The notes beneath the pieces are model-generated. The model was given only the letters and a program-made list of their open reading frames with translations, did not search any database and had not been told where the DNA came from. The translations under genes were made by a program, and so were the position numbers. Positions 9,248-19,143 of a stretch of DNA of 64,000 bases are shown here, one piece after another (the first letter of the stretch is position 1; the number at the start of each line of letters is the position of its first letter). The stretch comes from Acidobacteriota bacterium (GTDB taxonomy: Bacteria > Acidobacteriota > Terriglobia > Terriglobales > SCQP01): NCBI GenBank assembly GCA_027314025.1, contig DAHVCP010000058.1, forward strand, positions 25,711-89,710, read 5' to 3'.

Positions 9248-9467
9248 GGTGCCGGCCTGACCGTAGCGGCGGGGCGTGAACGGTGGAGGGTGAGTCCCGC
9301 CCCGTCGCGAGCCGTTGCCCCGGACCGCTGCGCGGCGGCAGCGCCCCGCGCCACGCAATCGTCGCCTGGGCCCGCGGGGTCCCCGGCCCGGCGCGCACGT
9401 AAGCGAAAAGCCCCGCCGCGGGCGGCGCTGGGACCCGCGCCCGCGAATGGATCCGCTCGGGCCGGAT

Positions 9468-11069
9468 TTATTCGCTAATCTCCAGCCCGGCGGGGGTGTC
9501 GGTCAGGACGGCCAACGCCGTGGGAAATCGCCGGCGGAGGGCGGCGACATCGGCCGGTGCTTCCAGGAACAGGGCGTCGGGAGCAAAATCCGGCTCGGGG
9601 GAGCGGAGGCCGAGATGAGCGCCAAGACGCGCCAGCGGCGCCGACGGTGGTTCTCCGCCCATTCCGTCTCCGGGCAGGGCGCGGGCAACCAAACCCCATT
9701 CCTCAAACCAGGCGGCGGCGTCGCCCAGACCGGCCGAGAGAACCAAGACGCGGCGGAAGCCGCCCTGATGCAAACACGCCAGGGCATGGTTGAGGTGCAC
9801 GCCGCGAATGCGGCCCAGCAGGGGAACCGTTTGCAGAAATGCCTGCTCAGCGGGTTCGATGCTGTCCATCTCCGGCATCTCCAACGCGGTGCGCAAATGC
9901 TGCTCCGATTGCGCGGGGTCCAGGCCGAAGGCTTGCTGGGCGGCGGCGAGCAGCGGCGCATAACCCAGGCGCAGGGCCAGGGTGGGTTCGCGGACCGGCA
10001 GAGCGGCGGCAAGGGCACGCCAAGCGGCGAGCACGGCGGCGGCTTCGGCTTCGCGATGGCGGCAAGCCGCGACGGCATCCCAGGAGGAAGCGAAGGCGGA
10101 GTCCAGCGCCTCCGCCAGCGAGAGCGGATCCTCGGGGTCGGCGAGCAGTCCGTTGAGGCCGTGAACCAGCCGCTCCGGCATCGCGCCGATCGCGGTCGCC
10201 ACGGGGACGGCGCCGGACCATTGCGCGGCGTCGAGCAACGGGCCATAGGCCTCCTGCCAACGCGAGGGCAATACCGCCGCGGCGGCGGCGCGCAGGCGCA
10301 GATGAAGGGCATCTCGGTCCAGGGCTCCGGGAAACTCAACTTGGTGCGGCGGGGGGAACGCGGCGCGGAAGCGGTCCTGGGCGGCGGGGTCCAGCGCACC
10401 GGTGGCGAGCAGGCGGACCGGGCTGTCGAGCTGGCGCACGGACTCGGCCAAGAGCCCGACGCCATTGGCTTCATCCCAACCGCCGGCATAAAGGATGGAA
10501 CGCGGCGCCCGCAGCGGCGGATTGGGCGGTGGTGGGGGAAGATAGGTCGAGCCTAGCGGGGGCAGGACGATCAGCCGGTCGGCCGGAGCGCCGTGGTCTA
10601 GCCAAGCGTCGCGGAGAAAACGGGTGGGCGCCAGCAGAACCTCGGCGCCGGCCATGGCAGCCTGCCACTGGGCGGGGCGTTGGCGGAATTGGGGCAGCAC
10701 GAGCGGCCAATCCAGCTTGCCGGGTGCGGCGCAAAGGGCGCACTTCAGTCCATGGCGGCTGGGGCCGGAACAGATTTCGCCGCGGCGGCGCCATAACCGG
10801 CGGATGGGACAGATTTGCAGGAAATCGGTGAGGGCGAGGGCGTAGGGAATCTCGCGCTCACGCAACTGCCAAAGGGCATCGGGAGGCAGCGGGCCGGGAT
10901 CGTGGACGATGACCGCGGCGGGGGCTTGCTGACGCAGGCAGCGGGCCCAGGCTTGCATGGGCGTTTCGCCGGATTGAATGTCGGCGGGGGAGAATGCCGC
11001 GCCGCCCAGCAATGCGGCGGCGGCGTGCGCGGCGGCCGCATCGGCGGCGACGTGAAGCGCGGAACCCAT
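9468..11069 (-). CDS. Multidomain glycosyltransferase (GT-B/GT4-like core) with an extra about 190-aa C-terminal Rossmann-like domain
   Basis: Central region ILYAGGWDEANGVGLL...VLPSRWQEAYGPLLDAAQWSGAVPVATAIGAMPERLVHGLNGLL is a typical GT4 C-domain. The C-terminal RRVLVLSAGLGDAAAWFEEWG segment is unassigned. Confidence 0.7.
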   Translation of the reverse strand: MGSALHVAADAAAAHAAAALLGGAAFSPADIQSGETPMQAWARCLRQQAPAAVIVHDPGPLPPDALWQLREREIPYALALTDFLQICPIRRLWRRRGEICSGPSRHGLKCALCAAPGKLDWPLVLPQFRQRPAQWQAAMAGAEVLLAPTRFLRDAWLDHGAPADRLIVLPPLGSTYLPPPPPNPPLRAPRSILYAGGWDEANGVGLLAESVRQLDSPVRLLATGALDPAAQDRFRAAFPPPHQVEFPGALDRDALHLRLRAAAAAVLPSRWQEAYGPLLDAAQWSGAVPVATAIGAMPERLVHGLNGLLADPEDPLSLAEALDSAFASSWDAVAACRHREAEAAAVLAAWRALAAALPVREPTLALRLGYAPLLAAAQQAFGLDPAQSEQHLRTALEMPEMDSIEPAEQAFLQTVPLLGRIRGVHLNHALACLHQGGFRRVLVLSAGLGDAAAWFEEWGLVARALPGDGMGGEPPSAPLARLGAHLGLRSPEPDFAPDALFLEAPADVAALRRRFPTALAVLTDTPAGLEISE

Positions 11070-11076
11070 CTACCTT

Positions 11077-11100
11077 TACGGTAACCGCTACGGTAACCGC
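11077..11100. repeat. Exact 12-bp tandem duplication TACGGTAACCGC x2 (each contains the near-palindrome CGGTAACCG)
   Basis: Read directly. It lies 8 bp upstream of the GT start codon (11069, minus strand), at one end of the 600-bp divergent GT/amt intergenic region. Confidence 0.7.
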
Positions 11101-11672
11101 TCGGGCAGGCGGCCGGCGGCGCCGTGCGCCGGGGCGCCGTCGGAGGCTGCCGCGTACGTTACGGCGGCCCAAACCGGCGCGGCTCCGGCTCATGTTCGTG
11201 CTGCATCTGGGCGTCGCTCCGCTGGGCGGCGGAGGCTCAGCTCCCCGGGGCAAAGGTGGCGGCGGACGAAAACCGCCGCGATGGGGCACCAAAGATAGGC
11301 GAGGCCCAGTGCCGGAGGCGGGACATCCTGCATTGATTTGCGCGGCGCGAAGGCCCGCTCGTACGCTGGGGATAGGCCGGGGGCCCCGCGCGCCCGGCCC
11401 GGCCGTGGCTGGACGCGGGGCGCTGAAGGACTTTCCAGCGTGAGCGAGGCCCGGCGGGCCGCTGCGAGCAGCGGTGGGGAGCCGACAGAGTATCTTTGGT
11501 CACGCCAGGGCGGTCGCCGGAACCCTGGCTTGCGCACCCGCTAATCTTCTTCAATTCATTGTTCATTCGTGGCTTAGCGATTCACCTCGGGCATCGCCAA
11601 ATGGGGCCATGCCAGGAGTTATTGGGGGCATAAAAACTTCCCATTGGCCTTGGCGGCGGGAGGCGGGCGATA

Positions 11673-13028
11673 GTGAGCGGCATGAGTGTGGATCTGTTGG
11701 CCGGGGCCGCGCCGGCGGCGGCGATTTCCGGGGCGGACAATGCGTGGCTGCTGACCTGCACGGCGCTGGTGCTGCTGATGACCGGGCCGGGGCTGGCGCT
11801 GTTCTACGGCGGCTTGGTGCGGCGCAAGAACGTGTTGTCCGTGCTAATGCAGAGCTTCAGTCTGATGGCGCTGGTCAGCGTGCTGTGGGCGGTGGTGGGC
11901 TACAGCCTGTGCTTCGCGCACGGTGGGTGGTTCTTGGGGGGACTGCGGTTTTTGGGTCTGCACGGAGTCGGCGCGGCGCCGAACCCGGCCTACGCGCCGG
12001 CCATCCCGCAGACCACCTACGCGCTGTTCCAGTTGATGTTCGCCATCATCACGCCGGCCCTGATCACCGGCGCCTTCGCCGAACGGATGAAGTTCAGCTC
12101 GATGATGGTGTTTTTGGGGGTGTGGTCATTGGCGGTATACGCACCGATGGCGCACATGGTGTGGGGCCAGGGGGGGCTGTTCAACGCCGTATCGGGCCGG
12201 ATTCCGGTGCTAGATTTTGCCGGCGGGACGGTGGTGCACGTCACCAGCGGCGTTTCCGCGCTGGTGTGCGCGCTGTACTTGGGGCGGCGGCTGGGATATG
12301 GCGAGGACAAGATGGCGCCGCACAATTTGGTGCTATCGGTGACCGGAGCCTGCCTGCTGTGGGTGGGATGGTTCGGCTTCAACGCGGGCAGCGCGCTGAC
12401 CTCGGGCGCGCTGGCTTCAACGGCGTTCCTGAGCACCCAGCTTGGGGCAGCGGCCGGGGTGCTGAGCTGGAGCGCCATTGAATCGGCGCGCACCGGCCGG
12501 CCGACGGCGCTGGGAGCAATCAGCGGGGCGGTGGCGGGGCTGGTGGCGATCACGCCAGCCTGCGGCTTCGTGACCCCGATGGCGGCGCTGGTGATTGGCG
12601 CGGCAGCGGGGCTGGTCTGCTATTGCATGGTCACCGGGGTGAAGCACTACTTCGGCTATGACGACGCGCTGGACGCTTTTGGCGTGCATGGCGCGGGCGG
12701 AACGCTGGGAGCGATCTTGACCGGCGTCTTCGCCACCGCGGCGGTGAACCCGATCTTCGGCGCTGGACACGCGGTCGGAGCCGTGGATGGCCGGTGGACG
12801 CAGGTGTGGCATCAACTGGCGGCGGTGGGCGTGGCTTGGGGCTTGTCCGGCGCCGGAACATTCGTGCTGCTGTGGGCGGTGGACCATGTGCTGGGACTGC
12901 GCGTCAGCCCCGATCACGAGGCGCAGGGTCTGGATTTGGCTCTGCACGGCGAGCACGGCTATCATCCCGCGGCGGACGACATGGCCGGCGGCTGGGGCGA
13001 GCTAGGCGCGGAGGAAGCGGCCAGCTAG
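11673..13028 (+). CDS. amt: Ammonium transporter
   Basis: SGADNAWLLTCTALVLLMTGPGLALFYGGLVRRKN, then DFAGGTVVHVTSG and AFGVHGAGGTLGAILTG, the Amt/MEP signatures. A GGGAGG lies 9 nt before GTG 11673 (alternative ATG at 11682). Confidence 0.93.
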   Translation: MSGMSVDLLAGAAPAAAISGADNAWLLTCTALVLLMTGPGLALFYGGLVRRKNVLSVLMQSFSLMALVSVLWAVVGYSLCFAHGGWFLGGLRFLGLHGVGAAPNPAYAPAIPQTTYALFQLMFAIITPALITGAFAERMKFSSMMVFLGVWSLAVYAPMAHMVWGQGGLFNAVSGRIPVLDFAGGTVVHVTSGVSALVCALYLGRRLGYGEDKMAPHNLVLSVTGACLLWVGWFGFNAGSALTSGALASTAFLSTQLGAAAGVLSWSAIESARTGRPTALGAISGAVAGLVAITPACGFVTPMAALVIGAAAGLVCYCMVTGVKHYFGYDDALDAFGVHGAGGTLGAILTGVFATAAVNPIFGAGHAVGAVDGRWTQVWHQLAAVGVAWGLSGAGTFVLLWAVDHVLGLRVSPDHEAQGLDLALHGEHGYHPAADDMAGGWGELGAEEAAS

Positions 13029-13106
13029 CGCCGCGGGCAGCGGTAAGCGACCGCCCCAAGGCCGAACAGAGTGCACGCCAGCCGGTCCGCCGCGGCCGAT
13101 TTCACC

Positions 13107-14138
13107 TTAATGGATGGCCGCTAGATGGCGCTGGAAGGCGGCGGCAAGGCCATAGGCGGGGCGGCCGCGGCGGGGCTTCAGCGCCGCCAATTTCAGCAAG
13201 TTCATGACATAGCGCTGGGTGTAGGCGTCGGCGGCATGGGCGATGACCGGCACCGAAGACACCGTGACCAGCCCGCGGCCGAAGCGGAAGCGAAACCAGG
13301 CATGGCAACCCGCGTATCCGGCGCCGCCCGGAGCGCGGACCAGCAGACTGAGATCCGGCGCCAGCAGGTTGATGTCCCGCTCCTGAGACAAATCGTAGGC
13401 AAAGTTGGGGCGGAGCACCTGGGATGCGGCGGGAGGCAGGCCGGCGTGCAGCTCGGGCAGCGCGCCAGGAAAGGCGGCGCCGCAGACCGGCGAATAGTTG
13501 ACCAGATGGACCCGGAAGGGCCAATAGGGCGCCATGTCCGGAGCCGGGGGGCTAAGCAGCAGGAGATTGGCGCCATGGGCGACGTCGGCCCAAATGCGGC
13601 GGTAGCGGGCGGTGATGCGGTCGCCCGGCAATTTCGGCTCGGCGATGGCGATCAGGCGGGGGTGGGCAGGGCCGAGGCCGTTGCGCAGGGCGAAGCCATG
13701 CTTGCGGAGAGCCCCGGCCAGGTCGCGCGGGAAGCCATACGCGGCCACGGAAAGGACGCCGCCGTAATAGGGCGGCGGGGGAGCGACGGCGAGAAGATCG
13801 AGCGCGGCGGCGCCGGTGTCGGCGCCGGGAATGATTGCGGTGAGGCGATAGGCGCCAGGCTTGGGCAGGAATCCGTCGAGGCGCCAAAACCCGGCATTGG
13901 AAACCGGCAGACGCTGGCGCCAGAGGGCCTTGCCGTGGGCCGGGACGAGGCGCACCACGATGCTGTCACTGGCGGGCAGCGGGGCGCTGCTGGTGACTTC
14001 GATCAGAAACTGCTGGCCGGCCATGTAATGGCGGGCGCTGGTGCGCACGCGCAGCTGGGGCACCGGGCGGGCGCGCGCGCAGCCGGCGAGCAGGAGGCAA
14101 AGGGCCAGCGCGGCGGGAAGGGAGCAACGGCGGAGCAT
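13107..14138 (-). CDS. Hypothetical lipoprotein
   Basis: The internal ATG at 14138 gives MLRRCSLPAALALCLLLAGC, a lipobox. The 137-codon upstream extension of ORF 13107..14546 is Arg/Pro/Gly junk. No family recognised. Confidence 0.6.
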   Translation of the reverse strand: MLRRCSLPAALALCLLLAGCARARPVPQLRVRTSARHYMAGQQFLIEVTSSAPLPASDSIVVRLVPAHGKALWRQRLPVSNAGFWRLDGFLPKPGAYRLTAIIPGADTGAAALDLLAVAPPPPYYGGVLSVAAYGFPRDLAGALRKHGFALRNGLGPAHPRLIAIAEPKLPGDRITARYRRIWADVAHGANLLLLSPPAPDMAPYWPFRVHLVNYSPVCGAAFPGALPELHAGLPPAASQVLRPNFAYDLSQERDINLLAPDLSLLVRAPGGAGYAGCHAWFRFRFGRGLVTVSSVPVIAHAADAYTQRYVMNLLKLAALKPRRGRPAYGLAAAFQRHLAAIH

Positions 14139-14379
14139 CGAGGGCGAGTATAGCGCGGCAGAGAGGGCGAAGCGGAGGCGTAAGGCGCGGCACGGCGGGG
14201 CGGGGGCAAGTGGGCCGGAAGGATGCCGGCGCTCCCAGGTCATTGCTTGGCGCGGGCCCCAGCGCGGCTGCCCACCCCAACGCGCACCGCTGCGCATTGG
14301 GGACCACGGCTTTGGGGGCCGCGCCGCTACATTTGCCGGGGGCGGGCCCCAGCGATTGCCAGCGCGCCTGCGGCGCGGG

Positions 14380-14416
14380 GGAATTTCGCGGCCTTTCCGC
14401 GCCTGCTTTGCACCCC
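14380..14416 (+). repeat. Copy of the dispersed GGAATTT+hairpin intergenic motif
   Basis: GGAATTTCGCGGcctttCCGCGCCTGCTTTGCACCCC. By hand alignment about 33 of 37 nt are shared with 20749-20784. Confidence 0.55.
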
Positions 14417-14569
14417 GAGCAAAAGGCGCGCCCCCAGCTCTGGCGGCAGGCGCAGGCCCGGCCGGCGGTTTCCGCCGCCGGAGGGCGGCGCGATCGGCCC
14501 CCGCGCCGGGCGCACAACCGGCGCACCCGCGAGCCGCGGCCAACAAGTCTGAGGTACAATCGGGGCGCC

Positions 14570-15847
14570 ATGAGGGCCGGGCTTTGCATTTTGGCGCTGG
14601 CGTGCCTTCTGCCGTTGCGGCTCTGGGCGCAAGAGGGCTTTTTCCACACGGAAAACCGCGACGGCGTCTGGTGGTTGGTGAACCCCCAGGGCCAGCGCAC
14701 CTTGTCCATTGGGGTGGATCACATCAGCTACTACGGCGACCGAATGAAGGGCGGCGGGCCGTCGCCCTACCTGGCGGCGGTGAAGCGGGAATACCCCAGC
14801 GAAATGGGCTGGGACTTGGGAACGCTGGGCCGGCTGGAACGGTGGGGTTTCAATACGATCGGCGCGTGGTCGGATCCGCGGTTATGGAATTATCACGTGC
14901 CGTACGTGATGATCCTGAACATCGCCGCGCGGGCCGGCGCGAATTGGCGGAAGGGCAAGCCGGTGGACGTGTTTTCGCCGGAGTTTCCCAAGGTGGCGCG
15001 GGAGGTGGCCGACCAGGCCGGCATTCCGCGCACCGGCGACCACGATTTGATCGGGTATTTCAGCGACAACGAGCTGCGCTGGGGCGCGGATTGGCGCGGC
15101 AAGCAAAGCATGCTGATGATGTACCTGGCGATGCCGCTCAGTTCACCGGGGCATCAGCATGCCGCGGAATTTCTGCGCGAGCGCTATCGCGACAACGTCG
15201 CAGCACTGGCGCGCGCCTGGGACATCCACAAGCCCAAGGATTTCGACTACATCCGCCAGGCGGGAAAAACGCCGGCCTACCGCCAAGACGCCGCCCGGTT
15301 TTTGGCGCGCGTGGCGACGCGGTATTTTCAGGTCTGCGCCAGCGCCATCCACCAGGCCGATCCCAATCATTTGTATTTGGGCGCACGCTTTTCCTTGCCC
15401 GTGCCGGACGCCGTGGCGGAGGCGGCGCGGATCGCCGACGTGGTTTCGGTCAACATCTACGCGCGCGATCCGCGGCCCATCGTGCAAAAGCTGTACCGCC
15501 TCACGGGCAAACCGATCCTGGTGACCGAATTTGCCTTTCGCGCGCAAGACTCCGGGCTGCCAAACACCCGCGGCGCGGGACCCAAGGTGGCGAATGAAGC
15601 AGCGCGCGGGGCGGCCTACCGCACTTTTGTCAGCGATTTGGAGAGCCTGCCGGAAGCGATCGGCTATCACTGGTTCGAATGGGCCGATGAGCCGGCGCAG
15701 GGACGGTTCGACGGAGAGAACTCCAATTACGGACTGGTCAACATTCACGATCAGCCGTATGCCCAATTCGTGGCCACCGTGCGGCAAGCCAATGCGGCGG
15801 CGGTGACCATTCATGCCCACTCCGCGCCGGGCGGACATGGGCCATAG
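14570..15847 (+). CDS. Secreted glycoside hydrolase, clan GH-A (TIM-barrel) type
   Basis: Signal peptide MRAGLCILALACLLPLRLWAQ. GFNTIGAWSD, SDNELRW (acid/base-like NE) and ILVTEFAF (nucleophile-like E) occur in the order expected for clan A hydrolases. The family was not assigned. Confidence 0.7.
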   Translation: MRAGLCILALACLLPLRLWAQEGFFHTENRDGVWWLVNPQGQRTLSIGVDHISYYGDRMKGGGPSPYLAAVKREYPSEMGWDLGTLGRLERWGFNTIGAWSDPRLWNYHVPYVMILNIAARAGANWRKGKPVDVFSPEFPKVAREVADQAGIPRTGDHDLIGYFSDNELRWGADWRGKQSMLMMYLAMPLSSPGHQHAAEFLRERYRDNVAALARAWDIHKPKDFDYIRQAGKTPAYRQDAARFLARVATRYFQVCASAIHQADPNHLYLGARFSLPVPDAVAEAARIADVVSVNIYARDPRPIVQKLYRLTGKPILVTEFAFRAQDSGLPNTRGAGPKVANEAARGAAYRTFVSDLESLPEAIGYHWFEWADEPAQGRFDGENSNYGLVNIHDQPYAQFVATVRQANAAAVTIHAHSAPGGHGP

Positions 15848-15931
15848 ATTCGCGGAGGCGGCGGCGGCGCGGCCGCCCGCGCAGCGAACCGCCATCCCGG
15901 GAAAATCCACGAACGCGTGCGAGGAACGACG

Positions 15932-18388
15932 ATGATGCGCAAACTGGCGAACTGCTCTTCCCTGCTGTTGATGCTAGCGATGATGCTGGCCGTGGCGCCC
16001 GCGGCGCGGGCGCAGGATGCGCCGGCCAAGATTCCGGACATCGGCTGGCAGCGCGGCATCGGCGTGCCGCCGGCAGATCCCGGCCACGCCAAGGACCATC
16101 CGATGATTGACGACGGCTACTTCAACGGAGCGCCGGTAGGGGGCTTTGGCGCGGGAACGATCGGCCGCAGCTACAGCGGGGATTTCGTGCGTTATCACCT
16201 CAAGATCGGGGCGCACAAATACGGCAATATTCCGTCCAATCAATTCGCCATCTTCACCCAGACCGCCGGCGGCAAGCGCTATGCGCAGGCGCTATGGACC
16301 GGCCAGCCACAAGTGTTGAAAAGCTGGAATTGGCGCTACCCGGTCGGCGGCGGCGATTACCATGCGCTCTATCCCAAGTCTTGGTTCGTGTACCGCAACG
16401 CCCAACTGCCGATCCAGGCGACGGTGGAGCAATTCTCGCCCATCCTGCCCAACAACTACCGGGAGACGAGCTACCCGGTGGCGCTTTACAACTGGACCCT
16501 GCACAACCCCACCAGCAAGCCGGTGAAGGTGGGCATCTTGTTTTCTTGGACCAACATGGTCGGCTGGTTCCGCAACTTCTCGCACGACTTGGACCAGAAC
16601 TCGACCGACGACTATGACACCGTGCGCAGCCAAATGACGCCGGCGGGGCGGATGGTGGGGGTGGTTTTCAACCGGCGGCGCTTCGGACCGGTCACCCAGG
16701 ATTGGGATGGCGAATACGCCATCGCGTCCTTGGATTTGCCGGGGGTCAAGATCAGCACGCACGCGACGTTTTTGGCGGATGGCAACGGCGGGGTGATTTG
16801 GCGGAGCTTTTCCCGCACCGGGGCCCTGGACAATGGCGGGCCGAACTGGACCTCCAGCGGTGAGGCGCTTGCCGGCGCGCTGGCGGCCACGGTGACCCTG
16901 GCGCCGGGCCAGACGCGGGTGATCCCGATGGTGCTGGCGTGGGATTTGCCGCGGGCGCAGTTCGGCGACGGCACGCAATGGTTCCGGCGGTACACGGCTT
17001 TCTTTGGCGCTAGCGGGCAAAACGCCTGGCGCATCGCGGCCGACGGCCTGCGGCACGACGCGCAATGGAGCGCGGCGATTGACCGCTGGCAGGCGCCGTA
17101 CATCGCCGATCACTCCACCCCGGCCTGGTACCGCGGCATGTTGTTCAACGAGATGTACGACCTGGCCGACGGCGGCACCCTGTGGACCAACGGCAGCCAT
17201 CCGGCGCGGCCCGGGGCGGCGCCTCCGCTCCCGAGCGCGGCGCGGGCGCGCAACGTGGGCAAGTTCACCTATATGGAGTGCTTCGACTATCCGTTCTACT
17301 CCACGCTGGACGTCAGGTTTTACGGCTCGATGGCGCTGGTGTATTGGTGGCCAAGGCTGGACAAGGCGGTCATGGACACATTCGCCGATAGCGTGAAGCA
17401 AAGCTTGACGACGGTGCGGCGGGTGCAATGGTCGCAGAAGCTGGCGCCGCGGAAGCTGCGCGGCGCGGTTCCGCACGACCTGGGCGCGCCGGATGAAGAC
17501 CCGCTGATCGCCTTCAACAACTACGACTGGCAAAACGTAAACATCTGGAAAGACCTAAACACAAAATATGTGTTGCTGGTCTGGCGGGACTATTATCTGA
17601 CCGGACAAAAGGACCGGCGGTTCTTGGCCTACAACTGGCCTTCGGTGGTGCTGGCGCTCGATTATCTGCAACGGTTCGACACCCAGCATCTGGATTTGCC
17701 CGAGAACAGCGGCGTTCCGGACCAGACCTACGATGTCTGGCCGATGCGCGGCGTCAGCGCCTACTGCGGCGGATTGTGGCTGGCGGCGTTGAAGGCAGCG
17801 GTCAAGATGGGCGACGCGCTGGGCCACCCGGCGGCGGCGGCGAAGTTCGAGCGCTGGTTTCGGACCGGGCAGAAGAATTATGAGCGGCTGTTGTGGAATG
17901 GGCGGTATTTCAATTTCGATACCGGCAGCCCCTACAAGAACAACGTGATGGCGGACCAATTGTGCGGCCAATGGTATGCCGACATCACCGGCCTGGGCGC
18001 GATCGTGCCGCCGGCGGAGGTGAAGAAAGCCCTGCGCACGATCTTCCGGCTGAATGTCATGGATTTCGAGCAGGGCCGGATGGGCGCGGTGAATGGCATC
18101 GAACCTGATGGACAGTTGCTGCACAGCAACGAGCAGGTGCAGGAAGTGTGGACGGGCGTCACCTTCGGGCTGGCGTAGTTTTACCTGTCGGAAGGCATGC
18201 CGCGCCGGGCGTTCGCCACCGCCAAGGGCATCTACAACGTGGTGTACAGCCGGGGGTATTGGTTCCGGACGCCGGAGGCTTGGAACGACACGGGCAATTT
18301 TCGCGCCTCCATGTACATGCGCCCGCTGGCGATCTGGGCCATGCAGATTTCCCTCCAGCAACACCACGAGGAGCGGGCCGGGCGATAA
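15932..18388 (+). pseudogene. GH116 beta-glucosidase / non-lysosomal glucosylceramidase (GBA2-type), interrupted by one in-frame TAG at 18176-18178
   Basis: ORF 15917..18178 ends ...EVWTGVTFGLA*. The same frame continues FYLSEGMPRRAFATAKGIY...YMRPLAIWAMQ to the stop at 18386-18388. This matches the conserved GBA2 C-terminus as I recall it (VWTGV.YGLAATMIQEGL...YMRPLSIWAMQ). The start is ATGATG at 15932, after GAGGA. Confidence 0.75.
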
Positions 18389-18580
18389 ACGTTCCGTTGC
18401 CTCTTAGTCCCCAAAGCCCTGGGCGGCGTTGGGGCCCATGCCGGGCCGTTGCGGCAGCGGCGGCTGCCCTCCGGCACGGCTCATTGTCTGCGCGCGCCGG
18501 AACCTCACCCGGCGCAATCCAGCGGTGCACGGCGGGATGCGGGGCGCATGGCACAATCAGAACGGAAGGAGACACACAGC

Positions 18581-19036
18581 TTGGGAAACGTCAATCACGA
18601 ACAGGCCAACTTGGTTCTGCGTTTGTATGAAGAGCGGCGCGAGGCGCGGCTGCGCGAGGCGCGGGAATGGTTCATCGCCCACTATCACCCGCAAACGCCC
18701 GAGGATACGGCGACCCTGGCGCCGCCGGGATCGCGGGAGAACGCCAACGTACGCATGATGACCAGCTATTGGGGCATGGTGGCGGCAATCGTGAACCGGG
18801 GACTGATTGACGACGAGTTCTTCTATGAAACCTCCGGCGGTGAACTCTGGATCGTGTGGGAACGGCTGAAAGCGATCGCGCCAGAGATGCGAAAACGGAT
18901 GAAAAATCCGCATGCATGGGCGGGGATTGAACGGCTAGCCAGGGGCTTCGAGGCCTGGCGGGAGAAGAACGCGCCGGGCTCGAACGATGCCATGCGGCAG
19001 ATGATGGCCGCCCCCGCGGCGGCACGGAAGAGTTAA
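18581..19036 (+). CDS. Hypothetical helical protein
   Basis: TTG 18581 lies 9 nt after GGAAGGAGA (alternative in-frame ATG at 18548). The product is NVNHEQANLVLRLYEERREARLREAREWF.... No family assigned. Confidence 0.5.
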   Translation: MGNVNHEQANLVLRLYEERREARLREAREWFIAHYHPQTPEDTATLAPPGSRENANVRMMTSYWGMVAAIVNRGLIDDEFFYETSGGELWIVWERLKAIAPEMRKRMKNPHAWAGIERLARGFEAWREKNAPGSNDAMRQMMAAPAAARKS

Positions 19037-19058
19037 GCCCCCCGCGCGGCCGGCGATA

Positions 19059-19092
19059 GCCAGCCGGTGCCGTCGTGGCGTGCTGGTTTTTG
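19059..19092 (+). terminator. Weak rho-independent terminator candidate after the hypothetical gene
   Basis: CCAGC...GCTGG stem followed by TTTTT (19087-19091). The stem is short. Confidence 0.3.
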
Positions 19093-19143
19093 GTCTTTCC
19101 GCACACGCGCGGACGGCGGCGGCAACCTACGCGCAAAGCACGG

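Noticed and set aside
11500-11672. Sigma-54 (-24/-12) promoter upstream of amt (TGGCTTGCGCACCCGC at about 11526-11541 and TGGCTTAGCGATTCA at about 11572-11586).
   Set aside because: In the first candidate the GG-to-GC spacing is off by one. In the second, the -12 element reads TTCA instead of TTGC. Neither fits TGGCAC-N5-TTGC well enough to call.
14139-14546. N-terminal extensions offered by the ORF track. Examples are 13107..14546, 14210..15847, 22599..24527, 25890..27131, 32194..33123, 34561..35499, 37618..38688, 44007..45476, 54993..55565 and 57731..59404.
   Set aside because: In each case an internal ATG or GTG gives a proper signal peptide or lipobox, or the family's normal N-terminus. 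That start often has an SD or a 4-nt stop/start overlap. The upstream part is junk-like.
18176-18178. Reading the GH116 TAG as pyrrolysine or another programmed recoding event.
   Set aside because: No pyl genes and no PYLIS-like context are visible in the window. The aligned residue in homologues is an ordinary small residue. A mutation or a sequencing error is the simpler explanation.
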